Source: Amphiscolops sp. MND2022 (Eukaryota). From it: a stretch of DNA of 64,000 nucleotides. Positions 62,701 through 64,000 of this stretch are shown here, piece after piece. The notes below the pieces were generated by a model that worked only from the letters and a program-made list of their open reading frames with translations, did not search any database and was not told where the DNA came from. Location: positions 51,586,001 through 51,650,000 of the forward strand of contig OZ076409.1 of assembly GCA_964187785.1 (NCBI GenBank), given 5' to 3'. The position numbers and the translations under genes were made by a program. The stretch's first letter is position 1. Each line of letters opens with the position of its first letter.

Positions 62701-64000
62701 TGAAATCTCCCATTAAAATCAATTTTTGCCCGGGTTTTTATATTGTAGTATATCCTTTTGTATTTTCTCAAAAGCTGAACTATCCCAGTACCTTGAGTTT
62801 TCACAAAGCATATAGTATAAACCAATAGAGTAAGTATTGGCATTTAGTCTCATTTCAAGCCACAAACCTAGAGGGCTTTCTTTGTAATTGTGACATTTTG
62901 TTCTGCGGACTAACAAGGCCAGACCTCTATGCCCTTGAGACACAACTTATCCATTCCCGTAGACACTTCGTGTTCTTCGATTTCATTATAGTCGAATGCG
63001 TTGGTGAGTGTTTCAGTCAGGCCTATTACATCAAATTCTTTGACTATTTTTTGAATATCTTTCAAGTTTAGTTCACTTACAATTCCACGAACGTTCAAGA
63101 CAAGTAGTTTATTTTGATTCTCTTGGTTTAAAGTTAACGGCTTTCTTCGAACTTCTTCGACAAAGTTTGATTGCAACTTCTTCACTACTTCAATTAACTT
63201 TTCATCATCCCAGCCAAGTTTTGATTGGAGTTCTTCAAGAGAATTTATTGTTCCATGTAATTCCCCTTTCGTGTATTCAAGATGGCATTCATTTGTGAAC
63301 ACTCTGAAACCTTCTTTCATCAGTTGATACAGCGCTGTAGATCTCTCTCGGGTCAATTGTTCTTGCACGTATACGTTGTAATGGTTGTCAGAATGTTTAA
63401 GGTGGTGCTTGGATTTGAGGATATCGTTTTTCACAGTTCGTTTGGTGAATTTAGCAATGATTGGCTCTGATTCACCTCGCTTTCGGTTTCTTGTTTGCAG
63501 CCGGTGACTGATCAACACATCAGTGTATGAAATGTTGACGCACATTGCCCTAGCAGTCTCCACTACTTTCTCAGTCGTGTTTTGCTCTTCAGTCTCGTAC
63601 AGCCCGAAAAATATGAGACAGTCTGGCCTGTTGTACTGTTCGATTGCTTCCAAACGACATACCGTCATAATTTCCAATTTTGCTTGCGTTGATACGTTTT
63701 GCCTTTCTGCCAATGTCTCTGGTGGGGGTGGCATTGATCTGTTGTGCTGCTGAAGCGCTTCTTGTACTTTCTGGTTAACCAATTCAGCGAAATTCTCTTT
63801 AACTGAATTCATGTCCTGTTCCATTATTTGCTTGGTCTCAGTCAAGTCTCCGATACTGTTCTGCATTTCAGCCATGTCCAATGTATTTCGTTCCACAGCG
63901 TTTTTCAAAGTAGCACCTTTTTCGTTTGTGTCCTTCTAAGTTCCTTGTAAATTAACGACAGATTGTGCAATCGAAGTGAGTTCCGATTCAATCCTTCCAT
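59756..64000 (-). mobile_element. RTEX-like LINE, near full length (ORF1, EN, RT, CCHC), (CTT)n tail; 5' end beyond window
   Basis: ORF1 EQYNR..SHRL..PIIAKF; EN LNVRG, LTET, GDFNAR, IDYF, SDVH; RT QAGFR, DYEKAFD, GVRQGDTLSP, YADD; IYGELG; CPFC..DENHLLLVC. Confidence 0.9.

Overview
Repeat-rich eukaryotic (invertebrate metazoan) genomic DNA with spliced GT-AG genes; no prokaryotic operons or CRISPR. Host genes: the 3' part of BIRC6/BRUCE (7 exons, 5-6221, +, UBC domain); a 6-exon ZDHHC4-like DHHC palmitoyltransferase (12684-36481, +); and a complete but divergent 3-exon actin (22858-24503, -) nested antisense in the 13.3-kb third intron of ZDHHC4. Most of the rest is transposon DNA. This includes many non-autonomous Helentron-type rolling-circle elements (HINE/DINE-1-like, three terminal types), two copies of a hAT MITE with 8-bp TSDs, Tc1/mariner relics, a CR1-group LINE, an RTEX-like LINE and a composite decayed Gypsy LTR block (46.7-59.7 kb). 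Two observations stand out. (1) Downstream of Gypsy pol, where a 3' LTR would be expected, lies an antisense, intron-containing gene whose reconstructed protein follows hAT-transposase architecture with an apparently altered catalytic strand. (2) Two unrelated LINEs have ORF1 and ORF2 in the same frame across a TAG/TTG-CAR-YYA junction, which suggests stop-codon readthrough. All calls were made by eye; no searches were run.
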